Translations under genes and position numbers: made by a program
The notes under the pieces: generated by a model
Database searches by the model: none
Told to the model about the DNA's origin: nothing
Seen by the model: only the letters and a program-made list of their open reading frames with translations
Origin: a bacterium
GTDB lineage: Bacteria > UBA8248
DNA length: 64,000 nt
NCBI GenBank assembly: GCA_965221165.1
Contig: CBDCRP010000003.1
Coordinates: 1,152,001 to 1,216,000 of the forward strand
Reading direction: 5' to 3'
Shown: positions 16,990-26,324 of the stretch, in pieces
Position numbering within the stretch: the first letter of the stretch is position 1
Layout: the number at the start of each line of letters is the position of its first letter

Positions 16990-17220
16990 ACTCCCCCCTT
17001 GAGGGGGAGTAGCAGAAGCCGAGCGTTTTGTGCGAAGGCTGATGCGTGGGGGGTCAATTTCGAGCGAAGAGCGAGAAATAGCGAACCGACTCTTTCCTCA
17101 CCCGTCTGCAATCGCTCCTTAATCAGTCGCGATTGACCCCCCACCGGCGCGACTTCAGACTTCGTCCTTGTCTTGCCGTCGGGCTTTCCCCTCGGAAAGC
17201 TCGACCCTCAAGGGGGGAGT
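16990..17220. repeat. REP/MITE-like palindromic element, copy 1 (partial arms also at ~16901 and ~16945)
   Basis: Terminal inverted repeats ACTCCCCCCTTGAGGG...CCCTCAAGGGGGGAGT; internal GGGGGTCAAT/ATTGACCCCC; inverted homolog at 26109-26324. Confidence 0.85.
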
Positions 17221-17287
17221 GTTGTCTCCTCCCTTCCCGGTCGGCGACATTTACCGAATCACGAAATCAGGACTTTTTCAACAGCCC

Positions 17288-18049
17288 CTAGAGGCCCAGT
17301 ATCGAAAGCACGCTCTTAAGCTCCTGGATTTCAAAATCGGGCGGTTCGCCGCCCTCCGGCACGGGCGCTCCCTTTCTGTTGAGCCAGGCGCACGGCATGC
17401 CCACGCCTTGCGGCCCCTCTACGTCGGCCTCGAAAGTATCGCCCACGAAGAGCACTTCACCCGGCGCCACGCCCAAAGTTTCGGCCACCTTGAGAAACAA
17501 GGAAGCCGCCGGTTTCCTGAAACCCTCATCCTCTGAAATATGCACGGTATCGAGATACGGTGTGATGCCCCTTTGATCAATAATCCGCTTGGCGGTAGGC
17601 GCATGGTCGAAATTGCTTAAGAGCGCTATCGGCAGGCCGGCGTCTTTTATCCTCCCCAGCACGTCGAGCCGGCCCGGATCGAACACGACGGAGCTCTCGA
17701 TGCCGTACATGTGGGCGTTTAAGGCCGTCAGCGCGGCCCGTTCCCTGTCTTGTGAGGGAATCGCCACCAAAAGCGCCATGAGACGCCTGAAACGAACTAT
17801 CGAGCGAATCTCTTTGTACTCGGGGTCGTTGTTGCGCTCGGCCCACACCTCTTTGGAGCTCTGCAGCCAGAGCTGGTGGAAGGCCAAATAATTCGGCACC
17901 AGGAAGCCACCCTTGTAAAGCGCGTCATAAGCCGCTTTGGACGTGGTCTTCTCCTCTTTGCCGTCGATTTCCACCACGGGAAAAAGAGAGATGTCGAAGT
18001 CAACGAGCGTGTCGAAAAGATCGAACGCAACCGCGCGGTACGAAGCCAA
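17288..18049 (-). CDS. HAD-superfamily hydrolase
   Basis: FDLFDTL, LSN, KP, VGDTFEAD motifs. Confidence 0.9.
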   Translation of the reverse strand: MASYRAVAFDLFDTLVDFDISLFPVVEIDGKEEKTTSKAAYDALYKGGFLVPNYLAFHQLWLQSSKEVWAERNNDPEYKEIRSIVRFRRLMALLVAIPSQDRERAALTALNAHMYGIESSVVFDPGRLDVLGRIKDAGLPIALLSNFDHAPTAKRIIDQRGITPYLDTVHISEDEGFRKPAASLFLKVAETLGVAPGEVLFVGDTFEADVEGPQGVGMPCAWLNRKGAPVPEGGEPPDFEIQELKSVLSILGL

Positions 18050-18085
18050 GGGAACTCCTCGTGAAATTAGGGCCTTGTTCAGGTA

Positions 18086-18598
18086 TCAGTCGTAGGAGCC
18101 GTCCATATCCATCTTCCGGTAGGCGCTGCCGTAGAAAAGAAGCGGGGCGTGCACCTCCTCCTCGATCAGGACGCGGGTCACGCGCCCCACGACGATGGTG
18201 TGATCACCTCCGGGAAGCTCCTCGTGCAGGTCGCACTCCAGAACGCCTACGTGTCCCGTGAGCAGCGGCGAGCCGTTTTCTCCGATTTCATGCGGGATAT
18301 CCGCGAACTGATCTTCCGCGTCCCTGCCCTTGCCCGCAAACCAGTCGGAAGCGCTCTTTTGCTCCTCGGACAGGAAATTGATGGCGAATTTTTTCGCTTC
18401 CTGCACCATCTTGAGACTCGACGCCTTGTTGTCGTAACACACCAGGACGAGCGGCGGATCGAGCGAGAGGGAGGAAAACGCGTTCGCCGTCATGCCCCGC
18501 GCTTCGGTTTCGGTTTTCGCGGTGACGACCGTGACGCCGGTGGCGAACCTGCCGAGGGCGGTTCTGAATTCTTTCTGGTCGATGCTCATGTGTGCCAT
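18086..18598 (-). CDS. Flavin reductase (HpaC/RutF-like)
   Basis: FRTALGRFATGVTVVT, SLSLDPPLV, GGDHTIVVG. Confidence 0.93.
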   Translation of the reverse strand: MAHMSIDQKEFRTALGRFATGVTVVTAKTETEARGMTANAFSSLSLDPPLVLVCYDNKASSLKMVQEAKKFAINFLSEEQKSASDWFAGKGRDAEDQFADIPHEIGENGSPLLTGHVGVLECDLHEELPGGDHTIVVGRVTRVLIEEEVHAPLLFYGSAYRKMDMDGSYD

Positions 18599-18620
18599 CC
18601 CCTAAAATGAACGCTTTGGA

Positions 18621-19223
18621 TTAGTCCGAATATCTCTCTTCTCTGAACGGGTCCGCGTCGTTGTGGTATCCGCGCGTCTCCCAGAAACCGGGTTTGTCGA
18701 CGACGGAAAACTCCACTCCTGTAACCCACTTTGCGCTTTTCCAGAAATATCGCCCCGGAACAACCAGCCTGAGCGGCCAGCCGTGCTCGGGCGTCAAATC
18801 TTCCTCATCGTGCTTCCAGGCCCACAGCACGTCATCGTCCATACATGCCGAGAGAGGCAGATTCGTCGTGTAGCCGCACTCGCAATGGACGATGACGAAC
18901 CCGGCGTTTTTCTTGAGTCTCACCCGCTTCATCAGTTCCCGAAAGGATACCCCGTGAAACCGGTTATCCATCCGGCTCCAGTGGGTGACGCAGTGAATAT
19001 CGCAGGAGACATCGACGGTGGGCATCGAGGTGAACTCCTCGTAGCTGAACTCGAGTTCCTCATCCACCTCACCGAACACGCGGAATTTCCACGATTCGAG
19101 GTCGACCTGCGGCACCTCGTCGAGGTGAAGTACGGGCCACTTTTCCGTCGCGGTCTGGCCCGGCGGAATGCGCCCGCCATATTTTTCCTTGAGCTCTTTT
19201 TTTCTGGAAAAAAGCGCCGCCAT
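18621..19223 (-). CDS. Sulfite-oxidase-like molybdopterin oxidoreductase (cytoplasmic, YuiH-like)
   Basis: PPGQ, DIHCVTHWS (Mo-ligand Cys), EHGWPLRLVVP, KSAKW, GFWE. Confidence 0.9.
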   Translation of the reverse strand: MAALFSRKKELKEKYGGRIPPGQTATEKWPVLHLDEVPQVDLESWKFRVFGEVDEELEFSYEEFTSMPTVDVSCDIHCVTHWSRMDNRFHGVSFRELMKRVRLKKNAGFVIVHCECGYTTNLPLSACMDDDVLWAWKHDEEDLTPEHGWPLRLVVPGRYFWKSAKWVTGVEFSVVDKPGFWETRGYHNDADPFREERYSD

Positions 19224-19237
19224 TCTTCGTCCCAAGT

Positions 19238-20272
19238 CTACCCGATGGGCGCCAGGAGCACCTTCAGCCCGGCCCCGCGCCGCATGATGTCGAAACCAGC
19301 CTCCCAGTCATCGAGCGAGAGCACATCAGATACCATGGCTTCGGTGTCGATTCTGCCCGCCTCCATCAACTTGAGCGCCAGCAGCCAGGCGGAGCGCTTC
19401 TGGCCGAATGTGCCGACCAGGCGAATCTCCTTAAACGCCAACCGATCCATATCGACGGGAACCGGCGCTCCGGGCAGCCCCACCTGGAGAACTTCTCCTC
19501 CTTTTCTCACCGCCTCGATGCAAACCTCGAGCGCGCCGGGAGCGCCCGCCGCCTCGACCGCCAAATCGACCCCCCAGCCGTTCGTGACCGCGAGAACCCG
19601 CTCGAGAACGCTTTCTTTCTCCACGTTCACCGTCCATTCCGCGCCGAACGAGCGGGCGAGAGCGAGCCTGTGCGCATCCTTCTCGGCCCCTGCCACCATA
19701 ACCCGCGCACCGTGGGCGACCGCGACCTGGGCGCACCCCAGGCCGATGGCGCCCGGCCCCATGATGAGGACGAAATCTCCCTCCCGCACGCTGCATTGCT
19801 CACACATCCCGTGCACGCACACCGCCAGGGGTTCGGAGAGCGCGGCCGCCTTGAGACTCACGTTATCGGGCAGGCGATGAATCGACTCCGCCCGCGTGAC
19901 CACGTAGTCCGTGAAAGCGCCGTTGCTCACCACGCCCGCGATGTCGCGCTCATCACACCGATTGTAGCGGCCCGAGATGCAGTGCGGGCAGACGCGGCAG
20001 GTCGATTTCGTGGGTTCGGCCGTCACCCTTGTCCCGAGAGGAATTCCCTCGACTCCCGGGCCAATTTCCACCACTTCGCCCGAAAACTCGTGGCCCAGCA
20101 CCAAGGGGGGGAAATAGTGAAAAAACTCGCCCGATGCGATGTGCACGTCCGTCCCGCAGATGCCGGCATGGGTGATTTTGACCTTCACCTGCCCGGTACC
20201 CACGCGAGGCTCCTCCACGTCGAGAAGCGCCATGTTTCCAGGCCCTTTCGCCTGTTTCACCAAGGCCTTCAT
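19238..20272 (-). CDS. Zn-dependent medium-chain alcohol/polyol dehydrogenase
   Basis: GICGTD, GHEFSG, CxxCxxC...C, GPGAIG. Confidence 0.92.
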   Translation of the reverse strand: MKALVKQAKGPGNMALLDVEEPRVGTGQVKVKITHAGICGTDVHIASGEFFHYFPPLVLGHEFSGEVVEIGPGVEGIPLGTRVTAEPTKSTCRVCPHCISGRYNRCDERDIAGVVSNGAFTDYVVTRAESIHRLPDNVSLKAAALSEPLAVCVHGMCEQCSVREGDFVLIMGPGAIGLGCAQVAVAHGARVMVAGAEKDAHRLALARSFGAEWTVNVEKESVLERVLAVTNGWGVDLAVEAAGAPGALEVCIEAVRKGGEVLQVGLPGAPVPVDMDRLAFKEIRLVGTFGQKRSAWLLALKLMEAGRIDTEAMVSDVLSLDDWEAGFDIMRRGAGLKVLLAPIG

Positions 20273-20293
20273 ATTCGCCTCGCGCGAGAGGAA

Positions 20294-21007
20294 TCAGGCG
20301 TTCAGCACGGCGATCGCCCGTATCGGCGAACCCGACCCGCCCCGAATCTTGAGCGGAAGCCCGATGTAGAGAAACTCCTTACCCACCACCAGTTCGATGT
20401 TGCACAGGTTTTCCGTGTTGGTGCGGCCCAGGTCACGACAAACGAGGTGGCAGGGGTATTCCGGGCTGGTGGCCATATCCATGCTGGGGGCGTCGGTACC
20501 CACGTTGATGGCCCCGCATTCGCCATACACAAACTCGGCCGCATCGCGCGTCCAACCGGCGTAGGCCGTCGTGTAGAGGGGAGTCGGGTGGTGGCGCTCG
20601 AAGTGCCCGTAGGTGTAGAGGAGGGTATCGCCCGGCCTGATCTCGTAGTCATAGTGGTCGAGCCTGCGCTTCACGTCATCCGCGTTGATGTAGCTGTTAT
20701 CCTCGACGTTCTCGAAATCAATCGCTATTCCGCGGCTGTAGAAAGAATCGAAGTTCATCTCGTCGATGTGCGGCGCGTCGGGCGAGGGGTCGAGATGGCT
20801 GATGGAATCCACGTGCGTGGGGCCGTGCTCGCAGAACTGGATGATGCCCGAATAATAGCTCATCTCGCTCTTGAAGCGCCCGCTGGCGGCGCTTTCCTCG
20901 TGCGTCATATTCGTCCAGCGCCAGGTCTCGGGGTGCCCCACGAACACCGGCTGCCCCTGATAGATGTCTTGCGAGAGATCAACGATTTCGTGATTCTTAT
21001 ACGCCAT
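20294..21007 (-). CDS. Cyclase / kynurenine formamidase-like metallohydrolase
   Basis: VDLS, HGPTHVDSISH, VGTDAPS, ENL, PLKIRGGSGSPIRAIA. Confidence 0.9.
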   Translation of the reverse strand: MAYKNHEIVDLSQDIYQGQPVFVGHPETWRWTNMTHEESAASGRFKSEMSYYSGIIQFCEHGPTHVDSISHLDPSPDAPHIDEMNFDSFYSRGIAIDFENVEDNSYINADDVKRRLDHYDYEIRPGDTLLYTYGHFERHHPTPLYTTAYAGWTRDAAEFVYGECGAINVGTDAPSMDMATSPEYPCHLVCRDLGRTNTENLCNIELVVGKEFLYIGLPLKIRGGSGSPIRAIAVLNA

Positions 21008-21168
21008 GGTGATTCTCCTTCGGCATGTTCCGCGTTATAAGTGAACTATTCGAATCCTTGCGATTCGCTGCATGAAGCGCGTCTTTTGAACCAACGCCAA
21101 AACCGGTGAAATGACTGCCCTTATCCGGGTTTCTTACACGAGATGTCGTGGGTTTTGAGCGCTTCCCG

Positions 21169-21197
21169 ATATTAGGGTCGGCATGAAGCCTTGTCAA
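21169..21197 (-). promoter_or_regulatory. sigma70-like promoter for the cyclase operon
   Basis: TTGACA (21197-21192), 17 nt, TAATAT (21174-21169). Confidence 0.6.
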
Positions 21198-21231
21198 CGG
21201 AACGGCTACTTGAGAGAGCGCCCATAGAGAA

Positions 21232-21261
21232 TTGACATATAAAAGCCCGCCTCCTTACCAT
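21232..21261 (+). promoter_or_regulatory. sigma70-like promoter for the mocA operon (back-to-back with the above)
   Basis: TTGACA (21232-21237), 18 nt, TACCAT (21256-21261). Confidence 0.55.
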
Positions 21262-21308
21262 GCCGATGAAACGCAAGTCTTCTCTTTTCTTTCGGTGGAA
21301 AGCACTCT

Positions 21309-21944
21309 ATGGCGGACGCGCGCCGCGTATCGGCGATACTGCTTGCCGCAGGCCTCTCGAAACGCCTGGGGCGAAACAAACTTCTCCTGCCCCTGGGCGA
21401 TGAGACCGTCATCCGCAAGACGGCGAAGGCGGTGCTCGCCGCCGCAGTTTCAGATGTCATCCTCGTGACGGGTCATGAGGAGGCGTTGGTGAAACAGGCC
21501 GTCAGGGGCCTGAACGTGCGCCTCAAGCACAACCCCCGCTACGCCCAAGGACAGAGCACGAGCATGGTCGCAGGGGTCGAGGCGGCTTCCGAGGCCGCCG
21601 ACGCCTACCTGTTCGTCCTGGGCGATCAGCCCCTGCTGACGCCGGGAATCGTGAACGACATGATTTCCCTGTATCAGACATCCCGGCCCGACACACTGGT
21701 CGTGGCGCCGGCCTTCGAGGGCAGGCGCGGAAACCCCACGCTATTTTCCGCCTTCCTCAGAAACGAACTGCTCCAGACGAGCGGAGATGCGGGCGGCAGG
21801 GGAATCATCCAAAGACTGGAAAAGGAATCTCCTGGAAAGATCGTTTTTCTCCACTTGCCCAATGATGATATCTTTCTCGACATCGACACGGAAAAAGATT
21901 ACGAATTCATGCTTCGTAAATTCCCAAAAGCCTCATATGAGTAG
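21309..21944 (+). CDS. mocA: Molybdenum cofactor cytidylyltransferase (MocA-like nucleotidyltransferase)
   Basis: LLAAGLSKRLGRNKLL, GQSTS, LGDQP, GNP, GDAGGR, DIDT. Confidence 0.85.
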   Translation: MADARRVSAILLAAGLSKRLGRNKLLLPLGDETVIRKTAKAVLAAAVSDVILVTGHEEALVKQAVRGLNVRLKHNPRYAQGQSTSMVAGVEAASEAADAYLFVLGDQPLLTPGIVNDMISLYQTSRPDTLVVAPAFEGRRGNPTLFSAFLRNELLQTSGDAGGRGIIQRLEKESPGKIVFLHLPNDDIFLDIDTEKDYEFMLRKFPKASYE

Positions 21945-21959
21945 CGAAGGAGTGTATTC

Positions 21960-23102
21960 ATGGTGAAAGCGTTTGAAATTGCATCCGGCCCCCGCGTTCG
22001 CTTCGGTCGCGGAGAGGCCGCCCACATCGGAGAGGAAGCGAAGGGCCTGGGGATGGCGAAGCCGATGTTCGTCACCGATCCGGGACTCGCATCGAGCGGG
22101 GCGCTCGATTCGGTCATCAAGGGGCTCGAAGACGGATCGATTGATTACCAGTTCTACGATCAGGCCGAAGCCAACCCCTCCGACACCAGCATCATCGCGG
22201 CCCGCGATTTTTTCAATCGGCGCGGGTGCGACGGCTTCATCGCCGCGGGCGGGGGCAGCACGATGGACACCGCCAAGGCGACCCTCGCCATCACCGCGAA
22301 CGGAGGCGTGCCGAGCGACTACTACGGCCGCGGGAAGGCCACGAAGCCCGGTCCGCCGCTCATCACCGTTCCCACCACGGCGGGCACGGGCAGCGAGGTC
22401 ACCATGAGTTCCATCGTCACGGACACGAAGCTGATGATCAAAGCGGTCCTGGCCGACGACTCGCTGTTCGCGAAACTCGCCATCGTCGACTCGGCGCTTC
22501 TGGCCAAACTTCCCTCCCACATCGCGGCGGGCGCGATGATGGACGCCTTGACCCACGCGATCGAATCGGTCGGCTCGCCCAACTCCAGCCCCTGGACGGA
22601 AGCCCTGGCGTTTCAGTCGATCACCTATATCGGCAAACACGGGAGAGCCTACGTGGACGACCCCTCAGACCCCGAGGCGGCCGACGCCATCTCCCTCTCG
22701 GCCATGCTCGCGGGACGCGCATTCACCAACACGGGCCTCGGCATCGTGCACTCGCTCGCGCATCCGCTCGGAGCCTACCACGGGCTGCACCACGGCACGG
22801 CGAACGGCATCTTCCTGCCGCCCGTGATGGAGTTCAACCTCCCCGTCATGCGGGAGACCTACGCGCGCATGGCGCCGCTTCTCAGAGAAGGTGCTGCGCA
22901 CACGGCCGAGGCGGCGATAGACGCCATCCGCGAACTCAACACGGACATCGGCATTCCGGGCAGCTTGAGAGAGGCGGACGTCGTGAACGAGGATTTGGAC
23001 GTCCTGACGAAAGACGCGGCGGAAAGCCACCAGGTCACCACGAACCCGGTCCCTTCGACCCAGGAGGACCTGAAGCGCCTGCTGTTGGCCGTTCTCGAGT
23101 AG
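21960..23102 (+). CDS. Iron-containing alcohol dehydrogenase
   Basis: GGGSTMDTAK, PTTAGTGSE, DALTHAIE, HSLAH, HHG. Confidence 0.93.
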   Translation: MVKAFEIASGPRVRFGRGEAAHIGEEAKGLGMAKPMFVTDPGLASSGALDSVIKGLEDGSIDYQFYDQAEANPSDTSIIAARDFFNRRGCDGFIAAGGGSTMDTAKATLAITANGGVPSDYYGRGKATKPGPPLITVPTTAGTGSEVTMSSIVTDTKLMIKAVLADDSLFAKLAIVDSALLAKLPSHIAAGAMMDALTHAIESVGSPNSSPWTEALAFQSITYIGKHGRAYVDDPSDPEAADAISLSAMLAGRAFTNTGLGIVHSLAHPLGAYHGLHHGTANGIFLPPVMEFNLPVMRETYARMAPLLREGAAHTAEAAIDAIRELNTDIGIPGSLREADVVNEDLDVLTKDAAESHQVTTNPVPSTQEDLKRLLLAVLE

Positions 23103-23105
23103 ACG

Positions 23106-23627
23106 ATGCCCGCAAACGAGATACTGATACCGCAGGCGGACATCCAGAATCGCCTGTCGGAACTCGCCGCCGAAATCAACGCGGCCTCTCCCGCCGGGCC
23201 GATGCACGTCGTCATGATACTGAAAGGATCGGTTTTCTTCGGCGTCGATCTGGCCCGCGCCCTCATGCGCAACACCACGCTCGGCTTCCTCTCCGCCTCG
23301 AGCTACGGGGAGAGAACGCAAAGCACGGGCCGGGTGGAGATCGACGCCAGTCACCTGGGCGAAATCGAGGAGCGAAACGTGCTGCTCATCGACGATATTC
23401 TGGATACGGGGCATACGTTCTCGAAAACCATTGATCTTTTGAGAGAACTGCGCCCCGCAACTCTCAGGACTTGCGTGTTGATGGACAAGCCCGCGAGGAG
23501 AGAAGTCGAGGTGCAGGCGGACCACGTCGGATTCACGATAGAAAATCATTTCGTCGTCGGGTATGGCCTGGACTGCGGAGAGGCGTACCGCACCCTGCCG
23601 GATATCCGGATTTATGCGCCCGAATGA
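23106..23627 (+). CDS. hpt: Hypoxanthine phosphoribosyltransferase
   Basis: ILKGS, SSYG, LLIDDILDTG, FVVGYGLD. Confidence 0.9.
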   Translation: MPANEILIPQADIQNRLSELAAEINAASPAGPMHVVMILKGSVFFGVDLARALMRNTTLGFLSASSYGERTQSTGRVEIDASHLGEIEERNVLLIDDILDTGHTFSKTIDLLRELRPATLRTCVLMDKPARREVEVQADHVGFTIENHFVVGYGLDCGEAYRTLPDIRIYAPE

Positions 23628-23728
23628 ATCCCTCTCGGAGGGAGTCATGAGCGGGCCTCAGAGGTCTTGTCCTCTTTTTGTCTGATGTGAAGAGACGCTA
23701 GTCCTCCATTCATACAGGAGTGATGTTC

Positions 23729-24832
23729 ATGCCGATTCAGAAAATAACGGTCTGGGATACCGCCGTGGAAGTCGCCCAGCAATCCAGAAACCGCTACGGG
23801 GGCGCGTCCACACTCGAAAGAGTCGTGGTTCGCCTCACGAACGATGACGGAAAAGAGGGCTGGGGCGAGGCGGCGCCTCTGATGTACATCACGCAGGAAA
23901 CCGGCTCGGAGATGGCAGCCAGGCTACGGGAGGCCGCCCCCCGCATACAGGTAAAAGAGGCGGATGAGTTGCTCGCCACGCTCGATGAGACGGTGGATTT
24001 CAAGGGTATGGGCGCCACGCGCACCGCCCTGGAAATCGCCGCCATCGACTTGGCCGCCAAAATCAACCAGACACCGTTCGCACAAGTTTTCAGCGGACAC
24101 AGGAGAAACACCGTCACGCTCGACGGCCCCATCGGCCTCCTCCCTTATGATGAGGCCATCAAGAAAGCGGAAACACTCGTCAATCAAGGCGTCAAGACCC
24201 TCAAAGTGAAATCAGGTGTCGACGCGGAGGCGGACGCAGAGCGCATCGTCAGGCTGCGCGAGAGATTCGGCCCGCAAATCAAGCTGAGAACGGATGCGAA
24301 CGGCGGGTTTTCGCCCGATGAAGCCCTCCGCTTTACGGACAAGATGGTCGAGATCGGCCTCGAACACTTCGAGCAGCCCGTGCTTCCCACGGAGGAGAAG
24401 TGCATCGACGTGTTTCGGGAGATCCGCGCCCGGGGCATGCAGGTCGCCGTGGATGAGTCGCTGTTCTCCATCGACGACGCGCGCCGCCTCGTCGATGCGG
24501 AGGCCGCCGACGTCGCCGTCATCAAGATCGCGAAGTTCGGCGGCCCCAGAAACGCCTGGGAGGTGGCGCGGGTTTTCGACGCCGCCGGGAAACCCGCTCT
24601 CTTGAGTTCGCCCTACGAATCGTATATCGCCAAATCGGCGGGGTTCGCCCTCGCCCTGTCACTTGAGACCGCGGACAGGGCGCACGAACTCGCCCATTTT
24701 CTCGATGAAGAACCATACGCCGAGTGGAGCCACTCCATATCAGAAGGCGCGTTCACACTGGCGGATTCCCGCGGACACGGAGCCTTGGGGCTCCCCTCCC
24801 GCGTCGAGAAGATAGCGAGAACCACGGTATAA
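23729..24832 (+). CDS. Enolase superfamily, muconate-lactonizing/dipeptide-epimerase subgroup
   Basis: GWGEA, KVK, DAN, EQP, DES, IKIAK. Confidence 0.85.
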   Translation: MPIQKITVWDTAVEVAQQSRNRYGGASTLERVVVRLTNDDGKEGWGEAAPLMYITQETGSEMAARLREAAPRIQVKEADELLATLDETVDFKGMGATRTALEIAAIDLAAKINQTPFAQVFSGHRRNTVTLDGPIGLLPYDEAIKKAETLVNQGVKTLKVKSGVDAEADAERIVRLRERFGPQIKLRTDANGGFSPDEALRFTDKMVEIGLEHFEQPVLPTEEKCIDVFREIRARGMQVAVDESLFSIDDARRLVDAEAADVAVIKIAKFGGPRNAWEVARVFDAAGKPALLSSPYESYIAKSAGFALALSLETADRAHELAHFLDEEPYAEWSHSISEGAFTLADSRGHGALGLPSRVEKIARTTV

Positions 24833-24876
24833 CGTAACGGGAACGGACCCTTTACTTGCTCAGGAGAATGAATGCG

Positions 24877-25791
24877 ATGAGTCTCCCCACAAAGGTCGAC
24901 ATCGTCGAGGTAGGCACGCGAGACGGCCTTCAGAACGAAAAGCAACACATCACGCCGGAGGATAAGATAAAACTTCTGGATACCATCACCGACGCCGGCG
25001 TTCGCCGTATCGAGGTGACGAGTTTCGTGAGTCCAAAACACGTCCCCCAGATGAGGGACGCACAGGAGGTGCTGGCCGGGTGCAAGCGCAACCCCGATGC
25101 CGAGTATGAAGCCCTGGTTCCCAACGTCCGGGGCATGGAGTGCGCGCTCGAATGCGAACTGGACGGCGTCATGTTGTTCGTCGCCGCCAGCGAGACATTC
25201 AACCAGAAGAACATACGCGCGAGCCGGGAGGAAATGCTCGGAGTCGCCCGGGAAGTCGCTAAAATGGCGAAGGGAGCGAACCTAAAACTCAGAGGCGGCG
25301 TGGTCGCCGCGTTCGGCTGCCCGTATGAGGGGCGCATCTCCTATGAAGACGTGGAGTGGGTGGTCGGCGAATACGTGGACATGGGCTGTGAGGAAATCGG
25401 CTTGGCCGACACCGTGGGCATGACGAACCCGGCCGAAATCAAAAGGCTCACTGAACATATCCGCGATAAATATCCCTCCGTCCGCTACGCGCTTCACCTC
25501 CACAACACGAGAGGGGCCGGTCTCGCCAACCTCCTGGCGGGCCTGGAAGTCGGCATAGATACGTTCGACACGTCCATCGGCGGCCTGGGCGGTTGTCCTT
25601 TCGCGCCCCGCGCCACGGGCAACATCTCGAGCGAGGACACGATCAACATGCTCCACGAGATGGGGATCGAAACCGGCGTCGACCTGCCGAAACTACTCGA
25701 TGCCGTCGCTTATGCGGAGAAAATCCTCGATCGCCAACTACCGGGCCAACTCCTCCACGCCGGAATCCCGGAATGGGAAATGGCGTCCTGA
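24877..25791 (+). CDS. Hydroxymethylglutaryl-CoA lyase family protein
   Basis: EVGTRDGLQNE, ADTVG, HLHNTRG, GLGGCPFAP; start 24868 or 24877. Confidence 0.92.
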   Translation: MSLPTKVDIVEVGTRDGLQNEKQHITPEDKIKLLDTITDAGVRRIEVTSFVSPKHVPQMRDAQEVLAGCKRNPDAEYEALVPNVRGMECALECELDGVMLFVAASETFNQKNIRASREEMLGVAREVAKMAKGANLKLRGGVVAAFGCPYEGRISYEDVEWVVGEYVDMGCEEIGLADTVGMTNPAEIKRLTEHIRDKYPSVRYALHLHNTRGAGLANLLAGLEVGIDTFDTSIGGLGGCPFAPRATGNISSEDTINMLHEMGIETGVDLPKLLDAVAYAEKILDRQLPGQLLHAGIPEWEMAS

Positions 25792-25857
25792 AGCAACTCC
25801 AGTGGATGGCGCATGAGCGCTCCCGATACTCTCGACGGGCCACGCCACCGTATCGAC

Positions 25858-25982
25858 CTCACCCTGAGTAGCCGCCGAAGGCGGCGTATCGAAGGGCTGT
25901 CCTGAGCCTGTCGAAGGAGGCGCTCCCGATGCACCCCGGCTCTCCCTCGATACGGCGCGCGAGCGCGCCTACTCGGGATGAG
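25858..25982. repeat. Second REP-like palindromic element family
   Basis: CTCACCCTGAGTAG..CGTATCGAAGGG pairs imperfectly with CCCTCGATACG..CTACTCGGGATGAG; nested CCTGAGCCTGTCGAAGG. Confidence 0.7.
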
Positions 25983-26005
25983 GGAGGAGTGTCGTCGCGG
26001 GTCAA

Positions 26006-26053
26006 ACGCGATTGATGAATGAGTGTTTGACGCGATTGATGAATGAGTGTTTG
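26006..26053. repeat. Perfect 24-bp tandem duplication
   Basis: ACGCGATTGATGAATGAGTGTTTG x2. Confidence 0.95.
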
Positions 26054-26108
26054 ACGACCGACGAGGGAGGTATTACGTGCCAGGGCGGCGAATGCGCCGC
26101 AGGCGTTT

Positions 26109-26324
26109 TCCCCTTGAGGGTCGGGCTTTCCGAGGGGAAAGTCCGTCGGCAAAACGAGGGCGAAGCCCGAAGTCGCGCTGGTGGGGGTCAGCCCCGACTG
26201 AGGAAGGAGGGGCTGCCAGACTTAAAAAGGTGCAATCGCTCCCTCCTCGGTCGCGATTGACCCCCCACGCATCAGCCTTCGCACAAACCGCTCGGCTTCT
26301 GCTACTCCCCCTCAAGGGGGGAGT
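26109..26324. repeat. REP/MITE-like palindromic element, copy 2 (inverted relative to 16990-17220)
   Basis: Contains CCCCCACGCATCAGCCTTCGCACAAA..GCTCGGCTTCTGCTACTCCCCCTCAAGGGGGGAGT, reverse complement of the copy 1 left arm. Confidence 0.85.

Noticed and set aside
16808-17144. Long N-terminal extension of the GATase and small ORFs sharing LTPHASAFAQ.ARLLLLPLKGGV with 26047-26484
   Set aside because: Translations of the palindromic repeat element, not independent proteins.
26006-26056. Possible CRISPR array
   Set aside because: Two adjacent 24-bp copies with no spacer and no cas genes; a simple tandem duplication.
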